Assembly: GCA_965653565.1 (NCBI GenBank)
Contig: CBFHAI010000019.1
Location: 6,140 to 70,139 of the forward strand
DNA: 64,000 nucleotides
Source of the DNA: an uncultured Chiayiivirga sp.
GTDB lineage: Bacteria > Pseudomonadota > Gammaproteobacteria > Xanthomonadales > Xanthomonadaceae
Reading direction: 5' to 3'
Below the pieces are notes generated by a model, which was given only the letters and a program-made list of their open reading frames with translations, was not told the DNA's origin and did no database searches. This document shows positions 1 to 9,620 of this stretch, one piece after another; position 1 is the stretch's first letter, and each line of letters starts with the position of its first letter. A program made the position numbers and the translations under genes.

Positions 1-387
1 TTGCGGCTGCAGTCGGACCTGGTCGATCTGCTGCAGGCCGCGATCGATGGCCGCCTGAGCGCGGTCGAGGCGCGCTGGGATCCGCGCCCGAGCCTGGGCA
101 TCGTGATGGCGGCGGCGAACTATCCGGGCACGCCGCGCGCCGGCGATGTGATCGAAGGCCTCGACCGCCCCGCCCCGCCCGACACGAAAATTTTTCACGC
201 GGGCACCCGGCTCGACGCCACCGGCAACGTGCTCACGGCCGGCGGACGCGTGCTGACGGCCTGCGCGCTCGGCAACGACATCCGCGACGCGCAGCAGCGC
301 GCCTACGCGGCGGCCGCAGGCATCCGCTGGGACGGCGAGTTCCACCGCCACGACATCGGCTGGCGCGCGATCGAAAGGCTGCGCTGA
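1..387 (+). CDS. purD: phosphoribosylamine--glycine ligase (GAR synthetase), C-terminal part; 5' end lies outside the window
   Basis: The ORF runs in from the left edge. The translation (IVMAAANYPGTPRAGDVIEGL, FHAGT, TAGGRVLTACALG, RWDGEFHRHDIGWRAI) matches the conserved PurD C-terminal region. Confidence 0.85.
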   Translation: MRLQSDLVDLLQAAIDGRLSAVEARWDPRPSLGIVMAAANYPGTPRAGDVIEGLDRPAPPDTKIFHAGTRLDATGNVLTAGGRVLTACALGNDIRDAQQRAYAAAAGIRWDGEFHRHDIGWRAIERLR

Positions 388-504
388 CGATGCGTGCAGG
401 CGCGCCCGCGACGTCGTAGGATTCGATCGCGTCGCCGTTCCGGCGAGAGTCGGACGGCGCGTTTTGCGTTCTACTTCTAACAGTCCGCCGATTCGAAATC
501 CGCC

Positions 505-1254
505 ATGCGCGCGCCAGCGTTCGCCTTCCTGACCCTTTCCCTGCTGTTCGCGGCCCCCGCCGCCGCGCAGAGCGGCGCGGCCGCCGACAAGCCGGTGCTC
601 GGCGTGCTCAAGCTGCAGGACGAAACCGGCGCGATGCCGTTCCAGGGCGGCGTCGGCCGCGTGCTGACCAATATCCTCACCAACGAACTGGCGGCGCGGC
701 CGGCGTTCACCGTGGTCGAGCGCCGCCGCTTGATGGCGATCCTGGAGGAACAAGACCTCGCCGCCTCCGGCCGCCTGGCGCCCGGCGATGGTGCCAGGAT
801 CGGCCAGCTCACCGGCGCCGACTATCTGGTGATGGGCACGGTCACCGCGTTCGAACGCGATGTCGAACGCACCGCCAAGCGCGGCTTTTTCGGCGGCGCC
901 AGCGCCGGCAAGGAAACCACCACCGCGTATCTGGCGATCGACCTGCGCGTGGTCGACACCACCACCGGCGAAATCGCCTTCGCGCGTTCGATCGAAGGGC
1001 GCACCACGAAAACCGAAACTTCCGCCGGACTGGATCTGGGCGCGGCGGGTTTCGGTTACGAATCGCTCAACAGCGAGGCCGATGCGAAGGTAGTGCGCGC
1101 CGCCGTGATCGAGGTGATCGACTATCTCGAATGCGTGATGGTGGTGCGCGATGTCTGCGTGCAGGCGTTCGCCGACAAGGAGCAGCGCCGCGTCGAGCGC
1201 ACCCGCCAAGCGATCGAGGCGGACGAAAACAAACCGAGGAAACGCACCCGATGA
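505..1254 (+). CDS. CsgG/HfaB-family periplasmic/outer-membrane protein (secreted, no lipobox)
   Basis: Signal peptide ending AAPAAAQ. The core VLGVLKLQDETG...FTVVERRRLMAILEEQDLAASG...GQLTGADYLVMGTVTAFE is typical of the CsgG family. There is no Cys at the cleavage site. Confidence 0.7.
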   Translation: MRAPAFAFLTLSLLFAAPAAAQSGAAADKPVLGVLKLQDETGAMPFQGGVGRVLTNILTNELAARPAFTVVERRRLMAILEEQDLAASGRLAPGDGARIGQLTGADYLVMGTVTAFERDVERTAKRGFFGGASAGKETTTAYLAIDLRVVDTTTGEIAFARSIEGRTTKTETSAGLDLGAAGFGYESLNSEADAKVVRAAVIEVIDYLECVMVVRDVCVQAFADKEQRRVERTRQAIEADENKPRKRTR

Positions 1255-2255
1255 GAACGCCATCCTGCCGGCGGCGACCGGCGCTGCTGTCGGCCTGCCT
1301 GCTGTCCGCGCTGCTGAGTGCGAACGCAAACGCGTCGACCGTGCTCGAATACGACGTCGACGGCACCTGCGCCACCGACTTCACGCGCATGAGTTTCGAT
1401 GGCTTGTATGCCCGCTTCGATCACGACGCCGGCGGCGCGCCGATGTCGACCATCTTCGACGACAGCGAGCAGCTGATGTACGTGCTGATGCACGACTCGC
1501 GCAATGTGATGACGATGGAATCGGACGACGACGCCATCGATTTCCAGAGCGACGTCGGCCGCAGTTCGATGCTTTACGCCGGCAAGCAGACCGAAAAGAT
1601 CACCGGCATGAACCAGCAGCAGATGATCGCGCAGGCGCAGGCAGCGCAGGTGGCGGCCTGCCCGGAACTGGCGGAGATGGGTTTTTCCGATCCCGACTAC
1701 GCGGCCGCGGCCGAACGCTGCGCGCAGAAGATGAGCGCGATGCCGAGCGATCCGAAGGCGCAGCGCGAGATGGCCGAAGCGATGCTCGATTCGATGAACG
1801 GCGGCGGCAAATCGCGTCGCGCGAAACCGGCGGCGGCGCCCGCCGAACCGCTGCGCTGGGTCACCACCAGCACCGAGGCCGACGGCACCGAACAGCAAAT
1901 CGCCGGCATGACCTGCCGCGACGAAACCACGCGGCGCGGCGACACCGTATTGCGCCGGCAGTGCGTGATCGAGGTCGACGCTCTGCAACTGGAGGCGTCG
2001 GCGATGCGCCGCCTCAAGCGCATCGTCAAGGTCGGCGAAGGCATCAGCGCCGGCATTTCGAGCCTGAATCCCGAAGCCAATCCCGATGCCGGGCAACCGG
2101 CGAAAGTCGCGTTGCAGCGCACCTGTTTCGAACAGGGCCGCCGCAGCGGCACGGCGACGTTGCGGCTCGATCGCGATGCCGCGATCGACGAATCCATTTT
2201 CGCGGTGCCGGCCGGCTACGAGCCGCTCGAGATATCGATGCCCGACGAGCGCTGA
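1251..2255 (+). CDS. secreted hypothetical protein (LolA-like/DUF4412-like C-terminus)
   Basis: The ATG at 1251 overlaps the upstream stop (ATGA). Signal peptide ALLSACLLSALLSANANA. The C-terminus contains IFAVPAGYEPL. The 374-aa track ORF starts 120 nt too early. Confidence 0.6.
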   Translation: MRTPSCRRRPALLSACLLSALLSANANASTVLEYDVDGTCATDFTRMSFDGLYARFDHDAGGAPMSTIFDDSEQLMYVLMHDSRNVMTMESDDDAIDFQSDVGRSSMLYAGKQTEKITGMNQQQMIAQAQAAQVAACPELAEMGFSDPDYAAAAERCAQKMSAMPSDPKAQREMAEAMLDSMNGGGKSRRAKPAAAPAEPLRWVTTSTEADGTEQQIAGMTCRDETTRRGDTVLRRQCVIEVDALQLEASAMRRLKRIVKVGEGISAGISSLNPEANPDAGQPAKVALQRTCFEQGRRSGTATLRLDRDAAIDESIFAVPAGYEPLEISMPDER

Positions 2256-2269
2256 TCGCGCGCGAACAT

Positions 2270-2296
2270 GGCCGCGCGACGCATCGCGCGCGGCCT
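2270..2296 (+). terminator. candidate rho-independent terminator after the 1251-2255 gene
   Basis: A 9-bp GC stem (2270-2278 ggccgcgcg pairs with 2287-2295 cgcgcggcc) with an 8-nt loop, followed by the T-rich tatttcttctt. It overlaps the stop codon of the convergent XRE gene. Confidence 0.4.
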
Positions 2297-2735
2297 ATTT
2301 CTTCTTGTCGGAAGCCGGCGCCGGCACGGCGAGCGCGTGCACCAGCTCGCGCACCAGTTTGCGTTGCGGACGCGGCAGCGCGAGGAAGGCTTCGATCGCG
2401 GCCCGGTCGGGCGCCGGCAGCGCGCCCGGCCACACCGCATGCGCGTCGCGGATGCGCTTGGCCGCCTTGTCGCCGTAGCGCAGCACCTGCGGCTCTACCT
2501 TGAGCCATTCGGCCAGCACTTCGAGCTTGTCCTGGGTCGGTATGGCGGCGCCGCGCAACCAGCTGGAGGCCGTCTGGAAGGTGACGCCGCGGCCCCAGAA
2601 CCGTTCGTTGAACTCGCGCTCGAGCACCGCGGGACGAGGTTCATAGCCTTGTGCCTCCATCAGCCGACGCAATCGCTCGGCGAATTCTTTAGCTGCTTGC
2701 ATGGGCCCGGACGGTACGTGCCGGGGTTCGGACAC
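2295..2735 (-). CDS. XRE-family helix-turn-helix transcriptional regulator
   Basis: AKEFAERLRRLMEAQGY...TFQTASSWLRGAAIPTQDKLEVLAEWLKVEPQVLRYGD is a typical Cro/C1-type HTH. The start could be the internal MQAAKEF (2702). Confidence 0.7.
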   Translation of the reverse strand: MSEPRHVPSGPMQAAKEFAERLRRLMEAQGYEPRPAVLEREFNERFWGRGVTFQTASSWLRGAAIPTQDKLEVLAEWLKVEPQVLRYGDKAAKRIRDAHAVWPGALPAPDRAAIEAFLALPRPQRKLVRELVHALAVPAPASDKKK

Positions 2736-2779
2736 ACTGTAACTCTCCTTGCAAGTTTACTTAAGTTCTTGGTTTCATC

Positions 2780-3952
2780 ATGGCGACTTTTGCCGAGCCG
2801 CCCGCCATGCCCACATCGATCGCCAGTGCCTCGCAGCAGCCCGATCCGCGCGCCGTCCGGCTGGCGGAACACGCGGTTTTTGCCGCGAAAAAACGCTCCG
2901 CGGGCGCATTGGCAATCATCGAGCGGAGGCCCGCGCGCGGCGATCCGCGCCTGCAGCCGGCGCCGCACGCGGGCGATTCGCGACTGCTGGTCGGCGACGT
3001 ACTGCAGGCGCTGGCCTCGATTTTCGTCGCCGACGAACGGTCCAGCAACGCCGGCGAACGCTTCGATGCGGTCTTCTTCGACACGTTTTTGCCTGGAAAC
3101 AAGGGCAATTCGTATACCTGCCTGCTGCCCGGACTGGCGCTGGAAAAGCGTCCGCGCAAAATCGAGCTCCCGCGCCTCACCGGCGGACCGCGCAACCCGA
3201 CCGCCGACCTGCTGCGGCATCTGGCCTGCGTGGAACTTGCGCAACGGCTGCTGCAACCGGGCGGCGAAGTCTTCGTCGGGCGACCTGTGTTGCCCGAAAG
3301 CTTTTGCGGCGGCCGGATGCTCGACCTCACGCAGGACGGAGGATATGCGCTGGCCGCGGCGCGTCGTGGACAGCGATGGGTAGCCGTCGCGGCGAGCCCG
3401 GTTTCTGCGGCGCACTTGCGGCGCGGCTTGCTTGCGCAGGCCGACGGCCCCTTCGTTTGCGAGCGCGTTTGCGATGATGCAGGGGCAACCGGGCGTGCCC
3501 GGTCGGGCGGCGGCGCGCGGCGGCCGGCGTTGTGGCGCGCGCAATCTGCGTCGCACGGCACGCTGAAGCTGAGGCTCACACCGCAGATCGACGTTCGCGA
3601 GCATCCGCCCATGCTGCGCATCGACCTGGTCGGCCTCGACTGGAAATGTCCGGCCGACAGCAGCGGTCTTTCCGCCACTGCCCTCGCCCGTCTGCAGCAC
3701 TACGCACGCGAGGCACCGTTGCTGCTGCTCGACGATTGGTCGATCGATGCCGACTTCGACGGCGTGGTCTTCCAGCCCGGATGGACCGCAGCGCGCGGGC
3801 CGGATCGTTGCGTGCCGCTGGTCGCCGAAATGACGGCACCGGCGTCGGCCGCAGCGCCTGCGATCGTGGTGCGCGCCCACGATCTGCTCGGCCGCAGCTT
3901 CGAAGCGCGGCTTTCGTCCGCGGCCGCAGCGTCGCCCGCGCGCAGGCGCTGA
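2780..3952 (+). CDS. hypothetical protein (weak resemblance to a SAM-methyltransferase-like fold)
   Basis: Only long ORF here that is not antisense to another credible gene. FDAVFFDTF and LLQPGGEVFVG recall MnmC-type or class I methyltransferase motifs, but no GxGxG motif is seen. Confidence 0.45.
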   Translation: MATFAEPPAMPTSIASASQQPDPRAVRLAEHAVFAAKKRSAGALAIIERRPARGDPRLQPAPHAGDSRLLVGDVLQALASIFVADERSSNAGERFDAVFFDTFLPGNKGNSYTCLLPGLALEKRPRKIELPRLTGGPRNPTADLLRHLACVELAQRLLQPGGEVFVGRPVLPESFCGGRMLDLTQDGGYALAAARRGQRWVAVAASPVSAAHLRRGLLAQADGPFVCERVCDDAGATGRARSGGGARRPALWRAQSASHGTLKLRLTPQIDVREHPPMLRIDLVGLDWKCPADSSGLSATALARLQHYAREAPLLLLDDWSIDADFDGVVFQPGWTAARGPDRCVPLVAEMTAPASAAAPAIVVRAHDLLGRSFEARLSSAAAASPARRR

Positions 3953-3995
3953 CGGCGAGCGGCGCGCTTTGTTAGGCTCGCCGCTCAGCTAAAGG

Positions 3996-5891
3996 ATGCG
4001 TCGCATGGCTCACTCGCAATTCGCGCTGCTCGGCCAGCGGCGCTTCCTGCCGTTCTTCCTCACTCAGGCGCTCGGCGCCTTCAACGACAACGCCTTCAAG
4101 CAGGCGCTGGTGATCCTGATCGGGTTCCGCATCGCGGGTTTGTCGGACGAAGACATCGCGTTCTGGTCGAACCTCGCTGCCGGCCTCTTCATCCTGCCGT
4201 TCTTCCTGTTCTCGGCGAACGCCGGACAGTGGGCGGAAAAATACGAGAAAGCACGTTCGATCCGCCGCATCAAACTGTTCGAAGTGGTGGTGATGGCGAT
4301 GGCCTGCGTCGGGCTCTGGCTGACATCGCTGCCGTTCCTGCTGTTCGTGCTGTTCCTGCTCGGCACGCAGGCGGCGCTTTTCGGGCCGCTCAAATACGCG
4401 ATCCTGCCGCAGGCGCTGCGGCCGGAAGAACTGGTCGGCGGCAACGGCCTGATCGAAGCCGGGACCTTCCTCACCATCCTGCTCGGCACCCTGATCGGCG
4501 GCTGGCTGATGAACGGTTTCGAGCAGGGGCCGATGATCGTCTCGGTGGCGGTGATGGCGGTCGCGCTGGCGGGCTGGTGGTCGAGCTACGGCATCCCGCC
4601 GGCGCCGGCGACCGCGCCCGATCTGAAACTCAATCCGAATCCGATCAGCGAAACCTTCCGCACGCTCGGACATCTGCGCGGCCATCGCGCGGTGCTCAAC
4701 TCGGTGCTGGGCGTGAGCTGGTTCTGGTTCTTCGGCTCGATCGTGATCGCGCAGTTGCCGGTCTACACCAAGGTCTATCTGGGCGGCGACGGCAGCGTGG
4801 TGTCGCTGACCTTGATGTTGTTTTCGGTCGGCATCGGCGCGGGCTCGCTGTTGTGCGAAGTGTTGTCGCGGCGCACGGTGGAAATCGGCCTGGTGCCGCT
4901 CGGCGCGCTCGGTCTCACCGTGTTCGGCGCCGATCTTTATTTCGCGCAGCCGACCGCGGCGACCACGCTCGATCTGGGCTGGCGCGAATTCATGGCGCTG
5001 CCCGGCAGTTGGCGCATCGCGGCCGACCTGACCTTGATCGGACTGGCCGGCGGCCTGTACATCGTGCCGCTGTTCGCGCTGATCCAGCAGCGCGCGCCGC
5101 GCGACAAACTCTCGCGCATCATCGCGGCCAACAACATCCTCAACGCGGCCTTCATGGTGACGGCCGCTGTGCTCGCGATCGTATTGCTGAAGAACGGCTT
5201 CACGATTCCCGAACTGCTGCTGTTCACGGCGCTGCTCAATGCGGTCGTGGCAATCTACATCTTCAGCCTGGTGCCCGAGTTCGTCACCCGCTTCGTCAGC
5301 TGGCTGGTGATCAAGCTGCTGTATCGCATCGACATCCGCGGCGTCGAGGAAAACGTGCCCGACCAGGGCGCGGCGCTGATCGTGTGCAACCACGTGAGCT
5401 TCATGGATGCGCTGCTGGTCGGCGGCGCGGTGCCGCGGCCGATCCGCTTCGTGATGTACTACAAGATCTACAACCTGCCCGTCATCAACTGGGCCTTCCG
5501 CGCCGCGCGCGCGATTCCGATCGCAGGTTCGAAGGAAGATCCGGAACTGATGGAGCGCGCTTTCGCCGAGATCGACAAGGCCCTGGCCGAGGGCGAACTG
5601 GTCGGCATTTTTCCCGAGGGCGGGCTCACGCGCGATGGCGATATCGCGACGTTCCGCCCCGGCGTCGAGCGCATCCTCGCCGCGCGACCGGTGCCGGTGG
5701 TGCCGATGGCGCTGCGCGGGATGTGGGACAGCATGTGGAGCCGGCAGGATTCGCGGCTGCGGCGCATGCGGCTGCCGCGGCGCTTTCGCGCGCGTATCGA
5801 GATCGTGGCGGATGCGCCGATCGCGCCGGACGCGGCCAGCGCGGCGGCGCTCGAAGCGAAGGTGCGCGAATTGCGCGGCGAGCGGGCGTAG
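3996..5891 (+). CDS. MFS transporter fused to a PlsC-type acyltransferase (LplT/Aas-like lysophospholipid transporter-acyltransferase)
   Basis: About 400 aa of multi-TM MFS sequence is followed by an acyltransferase domain with the NHVSFMDALL (HX4D) and FPEGGLTRDG motifs. Confidence 0.8.
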   Translation: MRRMAHSQFALLGQRRFLPFFLTQALGAFNDNAFKQALVILIGFRIAGLSDEDIAFWSNLAAGLFILPFFLFSANAGQWAEKYEKARSIRRIKLFEVVVMAMACVGLWLTSLPFLLFVLFLLGTQAALFGPLKYAILPQALRPEELVGGNGLIEAGTFLTILLGTLIGGWLMNGFEQGPMIVSVAVMAVALAGWWSSYGIPPAPATAPDLKLNPNPISETFRTLGHLRGHRAVLNSVLGVSWFWFFGSIVIAQLPVYTKVYLGGDGSVVSLTLMLFSVGIGAGSLLCEVLSRRTVEIGLVPLGALGLTVFGADLYFAQPTAATTLDLGWREFMALPGSWRIAADLTLIGLAGGLYIVPLFALIQQRAPRDKLSRIIAANNILNAAFMVTAAVLAIVLLKNGFTIPELLLFTALLNAVVAIYIFSLVPEFVTRFVSWLVIKLLYRIDIRGVEENVPDQGAALIVCNHVSFMDALLVGGAVPRPIRFVMYYKIYNLPVINWAFRAARAIPIAGSKEDPELMERAFAEIDKALAEGELVGIFPEGGLTRDGDIATFRPGVERILAARPVPVVPMALRGMWDSMWSRQDSRLRRMRLPRRFRARIEIVADAPIAPDAASAAALEAKVRELRGERA

Positions 5892-5976
5892 AGGATTTCG
5901 ACCTGCGCGGTGCGCGTGCCCTCGTGGAGCGCGCGCGGTCGAGGTCGCGCCATCGTCATCGCGCCGTCGAACCGCG

Positions 5977-6885
5977 CTAGTTGACGAAACCCGCGAGCAC
6001 GAAAATCGCCAGCACCACCAGCCAGAGCAGCAACACGCGCCAGGCCAGGCTCATCGCGTCCTTCAGCGCCGGCATCGCCGGCGCCGGAGCGACCGACACC
6101 GCATCGGCGACATAGGCTTCGTCGAGTTCTTCGGCCAGTTCGCAATCGACGCTGACGCGCGCGGCGGCGCCGAGAAAACCCGTGTCGAGCGAGAAATAGC
6201 CGGCGCCGCGATCTTCGTGCCAGCGCCGCCACGCGCCGATCACGACATCGAAATTCGCCGCCAGCGCCAGGCCCAGCACGGTGAGTTGCGCGGCCGGCCA
6301 GTCGAGGATCAGTTTGAGACGGCGGTAAGCGTCGGCATGTTCGAGCGGCAGTTCGTTGCCCAGATCGCGCGTCGAACCCAGTTGCGTGAGGCGATACAGC
6401 ATCGCGCCGAACGGCCCGAGCAGCACGAACCACAGCAACACGCCGAACCAGCGTTCGAGCGCACCGGCGAACACGCCTTCGACCAATGTCGGCGCATCGA
6501 GCGTGGGCTCGCGATCGGGCCCGAGCAGCGCGCGCACCGCGAGACGGCGATATTCGGTGTCGGCGGCGTCGACCACGGCGTCGACATCCAGATCCAGATC
6601 GCGCGGGCCCCAGCAGTAGAACAGCACGATCAGCGAGAACGCGAAGCTCGGCAGGCCGTAGACGCGTTCGCCGAGCGACCATTGCAGCAGTCCGACCACC
6701 AGCAGCGGCAGGCCCAGGCTCAACACGATGCCGAAACGGCTGCCGTGGAACCCGCTGGCGCCGAAGCGCGCGCCGAGCGCGATCAGCCAGCGGCGGAACC
6801 AGCCGTAGTGGCGCACCTGCGCCAGTTGCGGCGCCGCGTGGCCGAGCACCAGAGCCAGGACGACGGCGATCAGGACAGCGGACAT
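5977..6885 (-). CDS. AmpE/CobD-family inner-membrane protein
   Basis: Multi-TM protein. The segments ALERWFGVLLWFVLLGPFGAMLYRL and LILDWPAAQLTVLGLALAANF parallel E. coli AmpE blocks as recalled from memory. Confidence 0.55.
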   Translation of the reverse strand: MSAVLIAVVLALVLGHAAPQLAQVRHYGWFRRWLIALGARFGASGFHGSRFGIVLSLGLPLLVVGLLQWSLGERVYGLPSFAFSLIVLFYCWGPRDLDLDVDAVVDAADTEYRRLAVRALLGPDREPTLDAPTLVEGVFAGALERWFGVLLWFVLLGPFGAMLYRLTQLGSTRDLGNELPLEHADAYRRLKLILDWPAAQLTVLGLALAANFDVVIGAWRRWHEDRGAGYFSLDTGFLGAAARVSVDCELAEELDEAYVADAVSVAPAPAMPALKDAMSLAWRVLLLWLVVLAIFVLAGFVN

Positions 6886-6944
6886 GAAAGGGCTCGCGGA
6901 AAGGGCTGGCCCGATTCTAGCGCCGCCGCCGCGTCGCGCGGTGT

Positions 6945-7907
6945 CTAGCGCTTGCGCAAATCGCGCAGGGCGTCCGCGCCGAGGGTGTCTTCCAGCCAGT
7001 CTTCGACCAGCCGGCGCGAGACCGAGATCGACGGCGGCAGCAGGGTTTCGCCACTACGCGCGGCGGCGACCAGTTCGGCGGCTTCGAACCAGCGCGCGTC
7101 TTCGAGCTCGTCGCCCAGGCGGATCGTGGTGTCGGTGGCCTGGGCGCGGAATCCCACCATCAGCGCGCCCGGGAACGGCCACGGTTGCGACGATTGATAG
7201 TCGCAGCGGCCGACCAACACGCCGGCTTCTTCGCGCACTTCGCGGCGCACCGCGTCTTCCAGCGTTTCGCCCGGTTCGACGAAACCGGCGAGCGTCGAAT
7301 AACGACCCGGCGGCCAGCCCGGCTGGCGGCCGAGCAGGCAGCGCGTGCCATCGCTGACGATGACGATGATCGCGGCATCGGTGCGTGGGAACTGCGAGAG
7401 GCCGCAGTCGACGCGCGTGCAGCGTGCGCAGTGGCCGGCGCGGATCAGTTCGGTCGCCGCGCCGCAGGCGCCGCAGAAACGCGCGCGCGATTGCCACAGC
7501 AGCAACGCCTTGGCGTAGGCGAACAAGCCGCTGTCGAACGCCGGCCAGGTGCTGGCGGCTTCGCGCAGGCCGAGCCAGGCACCGTCGGTGACGAGCGGCT
7601 CGGGCACGGCGGCCGCCGGCAGCGCGAACCAGGATTGGCCTTCCTGCACGCCGAGGAAGCTGGCTGCCGCGAAGGCCGCATCGTTCAATGCCGGTGCCGC
7701 GAGCGGTGCGAGCCGGTCGCCCTGCACCAGGGTACGGCCTTCGAAATCGACCACCAGCACGCGCGCGTCGGTCCACGCCGCGCGCACGCGCTCGGCATCG
7801 GCGCGCCATTCGTCGCGGCGATCGAGGGTGAGTCCGGCGAAGCGGTTGCGCAGGCTGCGTTCGCCTGCCGGCGCAGAGGCAGCCGGCGGCGCGGAGCTAG
7901 ACGGCAA
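6945..7907 (-). CDS. nudC: NAD(+) diphosphatase (NADH pyrophosphatase), Nudix family
   Basis: Zinc ribbon [24 protein letters not shown] followed by the Nudix box [23 protein letters not shown]. The start overlaps the erpA stop by 11 nt. Confidence 0.85.
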   Translation of the reverse strand: MPSSSAPPAASAPAGERSLRNRFAGLTLDRRDEWRADAERVRAAWTDARVLVVDFEGRTLVQGDRLAPLAAPALNDAAFAAASFLGVQEGQSWFALPAAAVPEPLVTDGAWLGLREAASTWPAFDSGLFAYAKALLLWQSRARFCGACGAATELIRAGHCARCTRVDCGLSQFPRTDAAIIVIVSDGTRCLLGRQPGWPPGRYSTLAGFVEPGETLEDAVRREVREEAGVLVGRCDYQSSQPWPFPGALMVGFRAQATDTTIRLGDELEDARWFEAAELVAAARSGETLLPPSISVSRRLVEDWLEDTLGADALRDLRKR

Positions 7908-8256
7908 AGGACGAACCGCAGCCGCAGGTGGTTTTGGCGTTCGGATTGCGGATCACGAACTGCGCGCCGTGCAGGCTTTCGGTGTAGTCGACTTCGGCGC
8001 CCATCAGGTATTGCAGGCTGAGCGGATCGACCAGCAACACGACGCCGTCGCGCTCGACGGCCAAGTCGTCGTCGGCGCGGTTCTCGTCGAACTCGAAACC
8101 GTACTGGAAGCCCGAGCAGCCGCCGCCGGAAATGTAGACCCGCAGCTTGAGGTCGGCGTTGCCTTCTTCACGGATCAGGTCGCTCACCTTCGCCGCCGCG
8201 GCGGGCGTGAAGATGAGCGGCTGATCGAGTTGCTGGTAGGTCGGAGCGGCGATCAT
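7897..8256 (-). CDS. erpA: iron-sulfur cluster insertion protein ErpA (A-type carrier)
   Basis: [23 protein letters not shown] and the C-terminal CGCGSSFAV are the HesB/IscA family signature. Confidence 0.9.
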   Translation of the reverse strand: MIAAPTYQQLDQPLIFTPAAAAKVSDLIREEGNADLKLRVYISGGGCSGFQYGFEFDENRADDDLAVERDGVVLLVDPLSLQYLMGAEVDYTESLHGAQFVIRNPNAKTTCGCGSSFAV

Positions 8257-8311
8257 GGGAAAGAAATCGAGTGAAACGACCCCTGCAAGATGCGGGCGGC
8301 GCGGCGTCGAC

Positions 8312-8764
8312 TCAAGCGGCCGCCTCGGCCAGTTCTTTCTCGGTGCGGTCTTTCACCACTTCGGGCTTCGCCAGTTGCTTGGGCGGCGCGGTCTCGCCGT
8401 GGATCAGGCGTCCGCTCACCATCGCGCCGGCGGCCATCTGCACCACCTGGTAATAAATGTTGCCCTGCACGCGCGCATTGGCCGCCAGTTCGATGTGGCC
8501 GGTGGCGTAGACGTCGCCGCGCAACTGGCCGTTCACCACCACGTGCGGCGCACGCACCTCGCCTTCGATCAAGCCCTTCTCGGCCAGCGTGACCACCGCA
8601 TCCGGACAGCCTTCGTCGGCGATCACCGAGCCGTGGATGCAGCCTTCGACGTACAGGCCGCCGCTGAAATGCACATCGCCGCGGATCACCACGCGCGGAC
8701 CGATCAGCGTTTCTACGCCGCCGCCACTGGAGCGTGCGGGCTTGTTCTTGTCGCTGCCGAACAT
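8312..8764 (-). CDS. bactofilin (polymer-forming cytoskeletal protein)
   Basis: A 150-aa product starting [10 protein letters not shown] with repetitive beta-helix motifs ([40 protein letters not shown]). Its ATG shares one nucleotide with the upstream stop (TGATG). The 447-aa track ORF is a read-through artefact. Confidence 0.85.
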   Translation of the reverse strand: MFGSDKNKPARSSGGGVETLIGPRVVIRGDVHFSGGLYVEGCIHGSVIADEGCPDAVVTLAEKGLIEGEVRAPHVVVNGQLRGDVYATGHIELAANARVQGNIYYQVVQMAAGAMVSGRLIHGETAPPKQLAKPEVVKDRTEKELAEAAA

Positions 8765-9510
8765 CAGGAGACTCCTTGCGCTGGGGGTGGCTGCCAGGGG
8801 AACACCTGTTCGCTCTGGCGGCCATCGGACTTCACGGACACCCGCACCCGGTGCGGAGTGAACCCGGGCGGCAGCATCACGCTGCCTTCGAGCTGCTGGA
8901 AATACTTGAAGGCGAACGGCTGCGCCGGTGCGTTCGGCACCTGCAGCAGATCGCCCCATGCCAGCGTACTGAGCTTGCCTTCGCGCACCCCATCGACGCG
9001 CAGCGTGATTTCGCCCTTGCTGACGCTCGCCTTCTTGAGGTTCTGCGTCAGGGTGAGAGTGTACCGCCACGAGCCGTCGCCGGCCGGCGCCAGATCGATG
9101 CTGTGCACGGCCAGGCCCTGGCGCTGGTCGCTGCCGCCGACCAGCCGTTCGTAGAAGGCGACGTCGGCGCGCAATTGCGCGATTTCCTCGTCGCGCGCGG
9201 CCAGGGTTTCCTGCACCGACTGGTTGGCCGCGCGGCTGGTTTCGTCCGAGCGATGGGCGACGGCGTTGCGCTGGCGCAGCCGTTCGATCCGCTGCTGGGA
9301 ATCGGCCAGTTCGACCCGCGCGCGGTCGAGTTCGGCCCGCACGCGCTCGTAATCGGGCACCGAATTGCGCCGGGTCAATTCGAACACGCCCCACAGCGAC
9401 ACCAGCCACGCCAGCGCCAGCAGCCCGAGCACCAGGCGGGCGCGCGGGCGATGCGGCACGATCATGAAGCGGCTGGTGGGAGGGGGGCTGGCCATGGAAA
9501 GCGCGCGCAC
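8764..9510 (-). CDS. membrane-anchored coiled-coil protein (DUF6776-like bactofilin partner)
   Basis: N-terminal TM segment LVLGLLALAWLVSLWGVF, then a coiled-coil region (RAELDRARVELADSQQRIERLRQ), directly upstream of bactofilin. The exact start is uncertain (several in-frame Met codons). Confidence 0.6.
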   Translation of the reverse strand: MRALSMASPPPTSRFMIVPHRPRARLVLGLLALAWLVSLWGVFELTRRNSVPDYERVRAELDRARVELADSQQRIERLRQRNAVAHRSDETSRAANQSVQETLAARDEEIAQLRADVAFYERLVGGSDQRQGLAVHSIDLAPAGDGSWRYTLTLTQNLKKASVSKGEITLRVDGVREGKLSTLAWGDLLQVPNAPAQPFAFKYFQQLEGSVMLPPGFTPHRVRVSVKSDGRQSEQVFPWQPPPAQGVS

Positions 9511-9620
9511 GGCGCGACAGGGGGCAGGAAGGGTCGGCGGCAGTTAGCCACCCGGGCCGGGCGAGGTCAAGCCGGGCGCTGGCTATACTGAGGCCCGGCT
9601 CACATCGCGGTTCGACGGCA

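Noticed and set aside
1122-2096. 324-aa minus-strand ORF, plus other alternative-frame ORFs (1151-2503 +, 1697-2197 -), overlapping the 1251-2255 gene
   Set aside because: They are Arg/Ala/Gly-rich low-complexity translations typical of off-frame reading in high-G+C DNA. The plus-strand frame has a signal peptide and normal composition.
3972-5393. 473-aa antisense ORF and the 583-aa +2-frame ORF (4229-5980) across the MFS-acyltransferase gene
   Set aside because: Their composition is dominated by R, A, G, D and E, with no motifs. The sense frame carries clear MFS TM segments and the HX4D acyltransferase motif.
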